This document shows positions 24,634 through 37,740 of a stretch of DNA of 64,000 nucleotides, piece after piece. Numbering within the stretch: position 1 is the first letter of the stretch; each line of letters opens with the position of its first letter. The notes below the pieces were generated by a model. The model worked only from the letters and a program-made list of their open reading frames with translations. It did no database searches and was not told the DNA's origin. Source of the DNA: Squalus acanthias (lineage: Eukaryota); the NCBI GenBank assembly GCA_030390025.1, contig CM059432.1, positions 76,572,001-76,636,000 on the forward strand, written 5' to 3'. The position numbers and the translations under genes were made by a program.

Positions 24634-25376
24634 GAACCTGAAATTGCAGTCGGAGGCTTCCCGCAGGTGAATGCCTCCGAATCGCAAGTAAAATCCGTGC
24701 TTACCTGATTGCTCCAGACCTACGAAGACTCGTGCTCCTGGGCATGCAGGCATACGCCTGCGTAAGGGCCCCCGTATCCCAGGGACGCATGTGGTTCGCA
24801 AACGTCCCTGCGTTCACATGGGCCGGCCCAACCAATCAAAAAGGGGGATTCCATTATGCTTTTGGAATCATTTACGTACGGAATCCCCATAAGCAGAATA
24901 GGAATCACGTAAAAAAAATATTTTCACACAACCTAAATAAAAATAAATCATCACATGTTTAAAATTAATTAAAATACAATTTAATTAAACATTTAAAACA
25001 AAATTTTAATTTTTTGAAAAATAAATTTAAAAGTTTTTAAAGGGGCCAAAAATAACCTAAACTAATTTTAAAGGTTTTTGAATGTTAAAATGATTTTAAA
25101 AAATTTATTTTAGCATTTATTTAAACCCTTACGCTTTTACCAGGCGTAAGAGTTTCGTGGGCATGCGCTCGGCAGTAGTTGGGCAAATAGCCCAACTCTG
25201 TGCCAGCGAATGTCCATTTCCTTTGGATTCATACAATTTGTCAAGCTGAAACTTGACTGATCGCAAGTTCCGGGTTTTCACGCATGCGCATCGCATGCAG
25301 AAACCCGGAACTTGTGGGGCACTTACGACCCAGGAAGCTGTGCGTACATGGTCATAGGCCCCGGAAAATCCGGGCC
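24634..25376. mobile_element. Harbinger-type MITE related to M1
   Basis: TSD GAT on both sides. Ends gaacctgaaattg / gaaaatccgggcc. AT-rich core and hairpin caagttccgggttt...aaacccggaacttg. Confidence 0.8.
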
Positions 25377-26421
25377 GATATGTTTGATATGGAATGAAGT
25401 TCTCCACCAAAGGCTGCAGTGGTTAGGCATGCTATGTGATCGATAACAGTCTATACAAAGATCAGGGAGCTCATGTGCCCGCCACACTGTATGAGTTGGA
25501 ATAAGGACTAGCGGCACTATTCCAGAAGGACACAGTACAAAAGAAGATGAGGAATTATCTGTTGAAAGGCTGACTACAAAATGTCTGTACAAATAAAAGT
25601 CCATTGGGTTCAATGAAGTCTTCTTCTTCTGAAAAACTTCTCAAACAAGTTTTGTACCTTGTATTTCCACACAGTCACAAAACAAGATGATGATTTTTGC
25701 CTTTGTTTTATTTAACAATTAACAGATTTCCCTTCGCACAGTGAGTTAGAGAATATATTGTTTAATAATGAGCACCATTATACAATTTATTATATAAAAA
25801 AGGAGGAAAATAGCATTCATCTCACATATGTTATTGGCCCAAATTTGAGAAGAGAAAACCTCCAAATGCACAGAAACTAACATGAAACAAATTAATAATT
25901 TAAGCAACAGAAATAATTGTCAAATAATGCAAATGTTGAATTAAAATTTGGTGGAATGTAAGGCTCATTGTGCATGCACGGTGGGACTTGATTTAAGACA
26001 AACAACAAAGTCTAGTTTGGCAATCAAATGTCAAGGAAGCACCAATACTGGAGTCCAGGCCTCTTGGGGGAAGAGGGGGGCAGGGGTAGCTGTCTGGAGG
26101 AGAACATTTTTGCAGAAATTTGCAATACCGCAGATATATCTGTACGGGTAAGTTAATAATTTTGGTGTGAATTATTTATTTTTTATGTTAATTCTATTAT
26201 AAATGTCATTTTTACAGATATAAATTGGCTTAGTTGAAACAATTTTGAAAAAATCATTGAGTAATTTGATAAGACAGTTCCTGATGTTGCTGGTAGCTTA
26301 TTAGTAGTTGTTTTCCAGCTGTTTATCAACTGGAAGGGATAACAGACAGTGCTGCATGATTACTTAGGGCAAAAGATAAAACTATGGATACTTTTGAGAT
26401 GTGAAGCGCTATGAACACTTA

Positions 26422-29400
26422 GGCCTAGAAATCAGATAAGGCCCGTAAATGGCCGGTGCCATCGTGGGGTGAGCTTTACGTGCCCGTAAAAAGATCGCAG
26501 GCAGCACCGGAACTTGGTGCTGACTGCTGATTAACATTATTGTGCCGTTCAGCCGCGCGCTGAACGGCTGAATGCCCAGCAAGGACTCTGGGTTAGGTCG
26601 AGACTCGGGGCCAGTCTCGGGGGGAGGTCGAGACTCGGGACTCGGGGTCAGTCTCGGGAGGAGGTCGGGACTCGGGGTCAGTCTCGGGAGATGGTCGGGA
26701 CTCGGGGTCAGTCTCGGGGGGAGGTCGAGACTCGGGGTCAGCGTCGAGGGGAGGTCGAGACTCGGGGTCACTATCGGGGGGAGGTCGAGACTCGGGGTCA
26801 GCATCGAGGGGAGGTCGGGACTCGGGACTCGGGGTCAGTCTCGGGGGGAGGTCGGGACTTGGGGTCAGCATCGAGGGGAGGCCGAAACTCGGGGTCAGTC
26901 TCGGGGGGAGGTCGGGACTCGGGGTCAGTCTCGGGGGAAGGTCGGGACTCGGGGTCAGTCTCGGGGGGAGGTCGGGACTCGGGGTCAGTCTCGGAGGGAG
27001 GTCGGGACTCGGGGTCAGTATCAGGGGGTGGTCGGGACTCGGGGCCAGTCTCGGGAGATGGTCGGGACTCGGGGCCAGTCTCGGGGGGAGGTCGGGACTC
27101 GGGGTCAGTCTCGGGGGGAGGTCAGGACTCGGGGCCAGTCTCGGGAGATGGTCGGGACTCGGGGCCATTCTTGGGGGGAGGTCGGGACTCGGGACTCGGG
27201 GTCAGTGTCAGGGGGAGGTCGGGACTCGGGGTCAGTCTCGGGGGGAGGTCAGGACTCGGGGCCAGTCTCGGGAGATGGTCGGGACTCGGGGCCATTCTTG
27301 GGGGGAGGTCGGGACTCGGGACTCGGGGTCAGTGTCAGGGGGAGGTCGGGACTCAGGGTCAATGTCAGGGGGAGGTCGGGACTCGGGGTCAGTATCGGGG
27401 GGAGGTTGGGACTCGGGGTCAGTCTCGGGGGGAGGTCAGGACTCGGGGCCAGTCTCGGGAGATGGTCGGGACTCGGGGCCATTCTTGGGGGGAGGTCGGG
27501 ACTCGGGACTCGGGGTCAGTGTCAGGGGGAGGTCGGGACTCAGGGTCAATGTCAGGGGGAGGTCGGGACTCGGGGTCAGTATCGGGGGGATTTGGGACTC
27601 GGGGTCAGTCTCGGGGGGAGGTCGGGACTCAGGGTCAGTATCGGGGGGAGGTCGGGACTCGAGGTCAGTCTCGGGGGGAGGTCGGGACTCAGGGTCAGTC
27701 TCGGGGGGAGGTCGGGACTCGGGGTCAGTCTCGGGGGGAGGTCGGGACTCAGGGTCAGTCTCGGGAGATGGTCGGGACTCGGGGTCAGTCTCGGGGGGAG
27801 GTCGGGACTCAGGGTCAGTCTCGGGGGGAGGTCGGGACTCGGGGTCAGTCTCGGGGGGAGGTCGGGACTCAGGGTCAGTCTCGGGAGATGGTCGGGACTC
27901 GGGGCCAGTCTCAGGGGGAGGTCGGGACTCGGGGTCAGTCTCGGGGGGAGGTCAGGACTCGGGGTCAGTCTCGGGAGATGGTCGGGACTCGGGGCCATTC
28001 TTGGGGGGAGGTCGGGACTCGGGACTCGGGGTCAGTGTCAGGGGGAGGTCGGGACTCAGGGTCAATGTCAGGGGGAGGTCGGGACTCAGGGTCAGTATCG
28101 GGGGGAGGTTGGGACTCGGGGTCAGTCTCGGGGGGAGGTCGGGACTCAGGGTCAGTATCGGGGGGAGGTCGGGACTCGGGGTCAGTCTCGGGGGGAGGTC
28201 GGGACTCAGGGTCAGTCTCGGGGGGAGGTCGGGACTCGGGGTCAGTCTCGGGGGGAGGTCGGGACTCGGGGTCAGTCTCGGGTGATGGTTGGGACTCGGG
28301 GTCAGTCTCGGGGGGAGGACGAGACTCGGGGTCACTATCGGGGGGAGGTCGAGACTCGGGGTCAGCATCGAGGGGAGGTCGGGACTCGGGACTCGGGGTC
28401 AGTCTCGGGGGGAGGTCGGGACTTGGGGTCAGCATCGAGGGGAGGCCGAAACTCGGGGTCAGTCTCGGGGGGAGGTCGGGACTCGGGGTCAGTCTCGGGG
28501 GAAGGTCGGGACTCGGGGTCAGTCTCGGGGGGAGGTCGGGACTCGGGGTCAGTCTCGGAGGGAGGTCGGGACTCGGGGTCAGTATCAGGGGGTGGTCGGG
28601 ACTCGGGGCCAGTCTCGGGAGATGGTCGGGACTCGGGGCCAGTCTCGGGGGGAGGTCGGGACTCGGGGTCAGTCTCGGGGGGAGGTCAGGACTCGGGGCC
28701 AGTCTCGGGAGATGGTCGGGACTCGGGGCCATTCTTGGGGGGAGGTCGGGACTCGGGACTCGGGGTCAGTGTCAGGGGGAGGTCGGGACTCGGGGTCAGT
28801 CTCGGGGGGAGGTCAGGACTCGGGGCCAGTCTCGGGAGATGGTCGGGACTCGGGGCCATTCTTGGGGGGAGGTCGGGACTCGGGACTCGGGGTCAGTGTC
28901 AGGGGGAGGTCGGGACTCAGGGTCAATGTCAGGGGGAGGTCGGGACTCGGGGTCAGTATCGGGGGGAGGTTGGGACTCGGGGTCAGTCTCGGGGGGAGGT
29001 CAGGACTCGGGGCCAGTCTCGGGAGATGGTCGGGACTCGGGGCCATTCTTGGGGGGAGGTCGGGACTCGGGACTCGGGGTCAGTGTCAGGGGGAGGTCGG
29101 GACTCAGGGTCAATGTCAGGGGGAGGTCGGGACTCGGGGTCAGTATCGGGGGGATTTGGGACTCGGGGTCAGTCTCGGGGGGAGGTCGGGACTCAGGGTC
29201 AGTATCGGGGGGAGGTCGGGACTCGAGGTCAGTCTCGGGGGGAGGTCGGGACTCAGGGTCAGTCTCGGGGGGAGGTCGGGACTCGGGGTCAGTCTCGGGG
29301 GGAGGTCGGGACTCAGGGTCAGTCTCGGGAGATGGTCGGGACTCGGGGTCAGTCTCGGGGGGAGGACGAGACTCGGGGTCACTATCGGGGGAGGTCGAGA

Positions 29401-32400
29401 CTCGGGGTCAGCGTCGAGGGGAGGTCGGGACTCGGGACTCGGGGTCAGTCTCGGGGGGAGGTCGGGACTCGGGGTGAGCGTCGAGGGGAGGCCGAAACTC
29501 GGGGTCAGTCTCGGGGGGAGGTCGGGACTCGGGGTCAGTCTCGGGGGGAGGTCGGGACTCGGGGTCAGTCTCGGGGGGAGGTCGGGACTCGGGGTCAGTC
29601 TCGGGGGGAGGTCGGGACTCGGGGTCAGTATCGGGGGGAGGTCGCGACTCGGGGTCAGTCTCGGGGGAAGGTCGGGACTCGGGGTCAGTCTCGGGGGGAG
29701 GTCGGGACTCGGGGTCAGTCTCGGAGGGAGGTCGGGACTCGGGGTCAGTATCGGGGGTAGGTCAGGACTCGGGGTCAGTATCAGGGGGGGGTCGGGACTC
29801 GGGGCCAGTCTCGGGAGATGGTCGGGACTCGGGGCCAGTCTCAGGGGGAGGTCGGGACTCGGGGTCAGTCTCGGGGGGAGGTCAGGACTCGGGGTCAGTC
29901 TCGGGAGATGGTCGGGACTCGGGGCCATTCTTGGGGGGAGGTCGGGACTCGGGACTCGGGGTCAGTGTCAGGGGGAGGTCGGGACTCAGGGTCAATGTCA
30001 GGGGGAGGTCGGGACTCAGGGTCAGTATCGGGGGGAGGTTGGGACTCGGGGTCAGTCTCGGGGGGAGGTCGGGACTCAGGGTCAGTATCGGGGGGAGGTC
30101 GGGACTCGGGGTCAGTCTCGGGGGGAGGTCGGGACTCAGGGTCAGTCTCGGGGGGAGGTCGGGACTCGGGGTCAGTCTCGGGGGGAGGTCGGGACTCGGG
30201 GTCAGTCTCGGGAGATGGTTGGGACTCGGGGTCAGTCTCGGGGGGAGGACGAGACTCGGGGTCACTATCGGGGGGAGGTCGAGACTCGGGGTCAGCATCG
30301 AGGGGAGGTCGGGACTCGGGACTCGGGGTCAGTCTCGGGGGGAGGTCGGGACTTGGGGTCAGCATCGAGGGGAGGCCGAAACTCGGGGTCAGTCTCGGGG
30401 GGAGGTCGGGACTCGGGGTCAGTCTCGGGGGAAGGTCGGGACTCGGGGTCAGTCTCGGGGGGAGGTCGGGACTCGGGGTCAGTCTCGGAGGGAGGTCGGG
30501 ACTCGGGGTCAGTATCAGGGGGTGGTCGGGACTCGGGGCCAGTCTCGGGAGATGGTCGGGACTCGGGGCCAGTCTCGGGGGGAGGTCGGGACTCGGGGTC
30601 AGTCTCGGGGGGAGGTCAGGACTCGGGGCCAGTCTCGGGAGATGGTCGGGACTCGGGGCCATTCTTGGGGGGAGGTCGGGACTCGGGACTCGGGGTCAGT
30701 GTCAGGGGGAGGTCGGGACTCGGGGTCAGTCTCGGGGGGAGGTCAGGACTCGGGGCCAGTCTCGGGAGATGGTCGGGACTCGGGGCCATTCTTGGGGGGA
30801 GGTCGGGACTCGGGACTCGGGGTCAGTGTCAGGGGGAGGTCGGGACTCAGGGTCAATGTCAGGGGGAGGTCGGGACTCGGGGTCAGTATCGGGGGGAGGT
30901 TGGGACTCGGGGTCAGTCTCGGGGGGAGGTCAGGACTCGGGGCCAGTCTCGGGAGATGGTCGGGACTCGGGGCCATTCTTGGGGGGAGGTCGGGACTCGG
31001 GACTCGGGGTCAGTGTCAGGGGGAGGTCGGGACTCAGGGTCAATGTCAGGGGGAGGTCGGGACTCGGGGTCAGTATCGGGGGGAGGTTGGGACTCGGGGT
31101 CAGTCTCGGGGGGAGGTCGGGACTCAGGGTCAGTATCGGGGGGAGGTCGGGACTCGAGGTCAGTCTCGGGGGGAGGTCGGGACTCAGGGTCAGTCTCGGG
31201 GGGAGGTCGGGACTCGGGGTCAGTCTCGGGGGGAGGTCGGGACTCAGGGTCAGTCTCGGGAGATGGTCGGGACTCGGGGTCAGTCTCGGGGGGAGGACGA
31301 GACTCGGGGTCACTATCGGGGGGAGGTCGAGACTCGGGGTCAGCGTCGAGGGGAGGTCGGGACTCGGGACTCGGGGTCAGTCTCGGGGGGAGGTCGGGAC
31401 TCGGGGTGAGCGTCGAGGGGAGGCCGAAACTCGGGGTCAGTCTCGGGGGGAGGTCGGGACTCGGGGTCAGTCTCGGGGGGAGGTCGGGACTCGGGGTCAG
31501 TCTCGGGGGGAGGTCGGGACTCGGGGTCAGTCTCGGGGGGAGGTCGGGACTCGGGGTCAGTATCGGGGGGAGGTCGCGACTCGGGGCCAGTCGCGGGAGA
31601 TGGTCGGGACTCGGGGCCAGTCTCGGGAGATGGTCGGGACTCGGGGCCAGTCTCGGGGGGAGGTCGGGACTAGGGGTCAGTCTCGGGGGGAGGTCGGGAC
31701 TCGGGGTCAGTATCGGGGGGAGGTTGGGACTCGGGGTCAGTATCGGGGGGTGGTCGGGACTCGGGGCCAGTCTCGGGGTGAGGTCGGGACTCGGAGCCAG
31801 TCTCGGGGGGAGGTCGGGACTCGGGGCCAGTCTCGGGAGATGGTCGGGACTCGGGGCCATTCTTGGGGGGAGGTCGGGACTCGGGACTCGGGGTCAGTGT
31901 CAGGGGGAGGTCGGGACTCAGGGTCAGTGTCAGGGGGAGGTCGGGACTCGGGGTCAGTATCGGGGGGAGGTCGGGACTCGGGGTCAGTATCGGGGGGAGG
32001 TCGGGACTCGGGGCCAGTCTCGGGGTGAGGTCGGGACTCGGGGCCATTCTTGGGGGGAGGTCGGGACTCGGAGCCAGTCTCGGGGGGAGGTCGGGACTCG
32101 GGGCCATTCTTGGGGGGAGGTCGGGACTCGGGGTCAGTATCGGGGGGAGGTCGGGACTCGGGGTCAGTATCGGGGGGAGGTCGGGACTCGGGGTCAGTAT
32201 CGGGGGGAGGTCGGGACTCGGGGTCAGTATCGGGGGGAGGTCGGGACTCGGGGTCAGTATCGGGGGGAGGTCGGGACTCGAGGTCAGTATCGGGGGAGGT
32301 CGGGACTCGGGGTCAGTATCGGGGGGAGGTCGAGACTCGGGGTCAGTATCGGGGGGAGGTCGGGACTCGGGGTCAGTATCGGGGGGAGGTCGGGACTCGG

Positions 32401-33562
32401 GGTCAGTATCGGGGGGAAGTCGGGACTCGGAGTCAGTATCGGGGGGAGGTCGGGACTCGGGGTCAGTATCGGGGGGAGGTCGAGACTCGGGGTCAGTATC
32501 GGGGGGAGGTCGGGACTCGGGGTCAGTATCGGGGGGAGGTCGGGACTCGGGGTCAGTATCGGGGGGAGGTCGAGACTCGGGGTCAGTATCGGGGGGAGGT
32601 CGGGACTCGGGGTCAGTATCGGGGGAGGTCGGGACTCGGGGTCAGTATCGGGGGAGGTCGAGACTCGGGGTCAGTATCGGGGGGAGGTCGAGACTCGGGG
32701 TCAGTATCGGGGGGAGGTCGGGACTCGGGGTCAGTATCGGGGGGAGGTCGGGACTCGGGGCCAGTATCGGGGGGAGGTCGGGACTCGGGGTCAGTATCGG
32801 GGGGAGGTCGGGACTCGGGGTCAGTATCGGGGGGAGGTCGAGACTCGGGGTCAGTATCGGGGGGAGGTCGAGACTCGGGGTCAGTATCGGGGGGAGGTCG
32901 GAACTCGGGGTCAGTATCGGGGGGAGGTCGGGACTCGGGGCCAGTATCGGGGGGAGGTCGGGACTCGGGGTCAGTATCAGGGGGAGGTCGGGACTCGGGG
33001 ACAGTATCGGGGGGAGGTCGGGACTCGGGGTGAGTATCGGGGGGAGGTCGGGACTCGGGGTCAGTATCGGGGGGAGGTCGGGACTCGGGGTCAGTATCGG
33101 GGGGAGGTCGGGACTCGGGGTCAGTCTCGGGGGATAGTCGGACTCGGGGTCAGTATCGGGGGGTTCCTGGAGTTCGGTGCCAGGACGGGGGTAGATCGGA
33201 GAGGGCCTGGAGGTCAGAGTTGGGAGTGAGGTCAGAGATGATAAAAGGTAAGTACTTATCTTTTTTCATTCGGCGCTGTTTAACGTTTGTCTTCCTGAGA
33301 GAAAACAGCGCTGGCGCTGGCTGCCTCAGACGCAAGCCAAATTTGCAAGAGGGAGCAGAAGCAGGCATTAGGCCCCTTATTTGAATATGTTAATTGCCTA
33401 ACTCCTGCTTCAGATGAAGCTAAACGGTGCCTCTTTGTTTTACCCTCACCAATATGACGTCCGGCACGGCCCACGCTGGAAGTGGGCAGAAGCGAGGCGG
33501 ATGCCATTTTTTCCACAAAACCGGCCTTAACAGCTGGCGCTAAGGTGCCGAACTTCAGGCCC
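26422..33562. mobile_element. Harbinger-type non-autonomous element hosting a minisatellite array
   Basis: Left GGCCTAGAAATC and right cgaacttcaggccc resemble other Harbinger-type ends. GC-rich subterminal sequence. TIR match is imperfect and no TSD is seen. Confidence 0.55.
26583..33163 (+). repeat. G-rich 30-bp minisatellite (~215 units) with higher-order duplications
   Basis: Consensus GGGACTCGGGGTCAGT(C/A)TCGGGGGGAGGTC. 37-bp variants carry an extra GGGACTC. Confidence 0.98.
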
Positions 33563-34149
33563 TGGTATATGGAAGAGAAATACATATAGAGATAGTGAGG
33601 GCGATAGTCAACTGCTGGCCACCCATTACTTACCTGCAAAACCAGCTGCGGCAGTTCGAAATCGGGGGCACCTCAGCCACCCCGTTGATACCCAAGGCCC
33701 TCCTGATGCAGTTTTCAGGTGAGCCTGTAAATGGGCGAGCAGTACGTCTACATCTTTCAGGCATAAGGCTGCTTAAATACACAAATCAGGGTCTTATGCC
33801 GGTTGTTGGGCCCTGCTTATAATTTTCAGGTACTTCCCCTTGATCTCAAAAAGTCCATAAGGGGCAGTGGTGGAGAAAGTTTTAAACCTTTTTAATGTTA
33901 CCAAAAGGCAGAATCTCCCACCTGCTCTCCTAACATTAAAATAAAATGCTGGGGAGCAAAGCTCTGCACATATGCACGCAGCTCTCTCCTGGTGGGTAGA
34001 GCGAGATTAGTAGCCTGCAATATAACCCTGGGTTTGGCAGCTGCACCTCTCACTCTACAGCATGTGGCCTCAGATTGATAGAGGACTGGGAGAGACAGTT
34101 AGAGTTAGAAATAATACAGAATGAGGTGGGATCATATAAAATACAAAGA

Positions 34150-37100
34150 GGTCGAAGTTAGGTTTGGAGTGCATGTGTGTAAATGCACAAAGTGTGGTTA
34201 AAATGGTTGGTTGAGCTGCAGGCGCAAATAGCCACGTGGGAATATGATCTAGTGGTGATAACTCAGACCTGGCTCAAAAAAGGGGAGGATTGGATGCTTA
34301 ATATTCCTGGGTGAAAGGTATTCAGGAAAGATAGGGAAGGGAAAAAAGGAGGTGGGGTAGCAGTTTTGATTAAGGAAAATATTACAGTGCTAGAAAGAGA
34401 GAATGTCCTCGAGGGGTCAAAGACCGAATCTATTTGGTTGGAGTTGAGAAACATTAAAGGAGTTGTTGCGCTACTTGGTGTATTTTATAGGCCACTAAAT
34501 AGTGGGAAGGTGACAGAGGAGCAAATTTACAAAGAAATTACTGAGAGTACAAGAACTATAGAGTAGTGATAAAGGGAGACTTTAACTACCCCAATATTGA
34601 ATGGGACAGTGATTGTGTTAAGGGCAGAGAAGAGGAGGAATTTCTGAAATGTGTTCAGGAGAATTTTTTTGATTATTAAGTTTCCTGCCCAACAAGGAAG
34701 GAGACATTGTTGGATCTAGTCCTGGAGAATGAAGTGGAGAATGTCACAGTTAGAGAGCATTTCGGGAATACTGATCATAGTATCGTATGGTTTAGATTAG
34801 TTATGGAGAAAGACAAGGAGCAACCTAGAATAAAAATACTCAACTGGAAGAGGGCTAATTTCAGAGAATTGAGGAGTGATCTAGCCCGGGGAAATTGGAG
34901 TCAATGACTGGCAGGCAGAAATGTAATGGAGCAATGGGTGGCCTTTAAAGAGGAGATGGTTCGGGTACAGTCTAGGTACATTCCTACAAAGGGGGAAAGG
35001 GAGGGCAACTAAAGCCAGAGCTCCCTGGATGACGAAGCAGTTAGAAAGTCGGATGAAGCAGAAAAAGTGGGCTTATGACAGATGTCAGCTTAATAATACA
35101 AGGGAGAATCAGGCTGAATATAAAAAGTACAGAGGAGAAGTGAAAAAGGAATTAAGGGGGCAAAGAGACAGTACGGGAATAGATTGGCGGCTAACATAAA
35201 AGGGAATCCAAAGGTCTTCTATAGGCATATTAACAGTAAAAGGGTTGTCAGAGGAGCGGTGGGGCCAATTAGGGACCAAAATGGAGAACTATTGGTGGAG
35301 GCAGAGGGCATGGCTGAGGTAATAAATTAGTGCTTTCCATCGGTGTCTACCAAGAGGACTTTGCCAAAGCTATTGTAAACGAGGAGGTTGCTGGGATACT
35401 GGATGAGATAAAAATAGATAAAGAGGAGGTACTAGAAAGACTGGCGATAATTAAAGTGGATAAGTCACCTGGTCCGGATGGAATGCAGCCTAGGTTGCTG
35501 AGGGAAGTAAGGGTAGAAATTGCGGAGGTGCTGGTCACAATCTTGCAATCCTCCTTAGATACAGGGGTGGTGCCAAAGGACTGGAGGATTGCAAATGTTA
35601 CACCCTTGTTAAAAAAAAGGGGAGAAGGATAAACCTGGAAATTACAGGCCAGTCAGTTTAACGTCGGTGGTGAGGAAGCTTTTAGAAACAATAATCCGGG
35701 AGAAAATTAACAGCCACTTGGACAAGCATGGACTAATAAATGAGAGCCAGTACAGACTTGTTAAGGGCAAATCATGTTTGACTAACTTGATTACGTTTTT
35801 GATGCGGTAACAGAGAAGGTGGATCAGGGCAGTGTAGTTGATGTTGTGTATTTGGACTTTCAAAAGGCGTTTGATAAAGTACCACATATTAGGTTTGTCA
35901 GCAAAATTGAAGCCCATGCAATAAAAGGGGCAGTAGTAGCATGGATACAAAATTGGCTAAGGGATAGACGACAGAGAGTTGTGGTGAATGGCTGTTTTTC
36001 AGACTGGAGGGAGGTATACAGAGGCCTTCCCCAAGGTTCAGTATTAGGACCACTGCTGTTATTGATATACATTAATGACTTGGACTTGGGGGTATGGGGC
36101 ACAATTTTGAAATTTGCAGATGACACAAAACTTAGAAATGCAGTAAACAGTGAAGAAGATAATAATAGATATCAAGAAGACATAGACAGGCTGGTGGAAT
36201 GGGCGGACACATGGTAGATGAAATTCAATGCAGAGAAGTGTGAGGTGATACATTTTGGTAGGAAGAATGAGGAGAGACCATACATACTAAATGGTGCAAT
36301 TTTAAAGGGGGTGCTTGTTCACAAATCTTTGAAGGTGGCAGGACAGGTTAACAAAGCAGTTAATAAAGCATATGGGATCCTGGGCTTTATAAATAGAGCC
36401 ATAGAGTACAAAAGCCAGGAAGTTGTGCTAAACCTATATAAAACATTAGTTTGGCCTCAGCTGGAGTGTTGGCCCAGAAATTTGACTCGGAGGCTTGCCG
36501 CGGGGGTAAGGATCGCGCGCGATATCACCTACCTCGTCTGCCGTCCTTGTTTGCCCCCGCAGGAACTTCGGGTCCTGGGCCTCTCCCTAGTGCCGGCGCG
36601 CAGTGCTTGCGTGTCCCAGGGGCGCAGTTAGTGCGATGCGACTCCTGGGATCACGTGGGCCATGGAGAGCCAATGGCAGCACACCATCTTTCATTCATAG
36701 ATTTGACAGGAGACCTGTCAAATCTGTGATTGAAAGAGGCCCCAAAAGAACAGCTAAACCTCAAATAAATTTAAAAAAAACCCATCACATTAATAAAATA
36801 ACTATAGTTAAATAAATTAACCACTTTAAACAAAAATTAAAATTTTTGAAATTTTTTTTTTTTTTTAAAAGTTATAAAAATAAACTTGCCTTTCTTTAAA
36901 GTCTCTAAAAAAGATAAACCTGTTGAAAAATTTAAAAATTATACTTAATTAACTACTTACCTTGTTCAAAAGGGGTCTACGCCTCCTTTTTACTTGTGTA
37001 GAATCTTCCATACTTACCCTCGCGTTGAAACCTGAAAACAAACCTAAGTGTGCTGCGAGCGCACAACCTCTAGTGAGCATGCGGTTCACTTAGGAACCGC

Positions 37101-37740
37101 CCCCTTCGCCATACCGGAAGTGCCGGTTTCCCACGCATGCGCAGTGCATGCAGGAAACCGACACTACGGGAACGAATACGGGTGAGTACACAGTCCGTAC
37201 TCACCGTTCTCGGCCGAATTTTTGGGCCATTGTGACCAATTCTGGGCACCACATTTTAGGAAGGATGTGAAGGCTTTGGAGAGGGTGCAGAAGAGATTTA
37301 GAATGGTTCCAGGAATGAGGGATTACAGTTATGTGGATAGACTAGAGAAGCTAGGGTTGTTCTCCTTGGAGCAGAGGCTAAGAGGAGATTTGATAGAGGT
37401 GTTTAAAATCATGAATGGTTTAGATAGAGTAAATAAAGAGAAACCCTCTCCAATGGCTGAAGGGTCGATAATGAGAGGGCACAGATTTAAGGCAAAATAA
37501 CCACTTTTTTACCCAACGAGTAGTTAGGATTTGGAATGCACTGCCTGATAGGGTGGTGGAACAGATTCAATAGTAGCCATCAAAAGGGAATTGGATAAAT
37601 ACTTGAAGGAGAAAAAATTGCAGGGATATGGGGAAAGAGCGGGGAAGTGGGACTAACTGGATTGCTCTTCGAAAGAGCCGGCGCAGACTCGATGGGCCGA
37701 ATGGCCTCCTTCTGTGCTGTACTATTCTATGATTCTATGA
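34150..37740 (+). mobile_element. CR1-type LINE, near-complete ORF2 (EN+RT), decayed, split by an M1 MITE
   Basis: [56 protein letters not shown]; tail attctatgattctatga. Many stops and frameshifts. Confidence 0.92.
36471..37228 (-). mobile_element. Harbinger-type MITE family M1, copy 2
   Basis: TIRs GGCCCAGAAATT / AATTTTTGGGCC. Flanks GTT / ATT inside the CR1 QLE(Y)C motif. Reverse-orientation homolog of 11821-12578. Confidence 0.9.

Noticed and set aside
26116..26147. 32-nt plus-strand exon (ttttgcag|...CGG|gtaagt); similar candidates near 24355 and 54340
   Set aside because: Splice signals alone, no recognisable peptide, and opposite strand to the other candidates.
26583..33163. CRISPR array
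   Set aside because: Units are directly tandem with no unique spacers, there are no cas genes, and the context is eukaryotic.
26572..33229. 1062-, 928-, 1646- and 736-aa ORFs and the proline-rich minus-strand ORFs
   Set aside because: By-products of a stop-free 30-bp repeat. All frames are open at once, with no unique domain.
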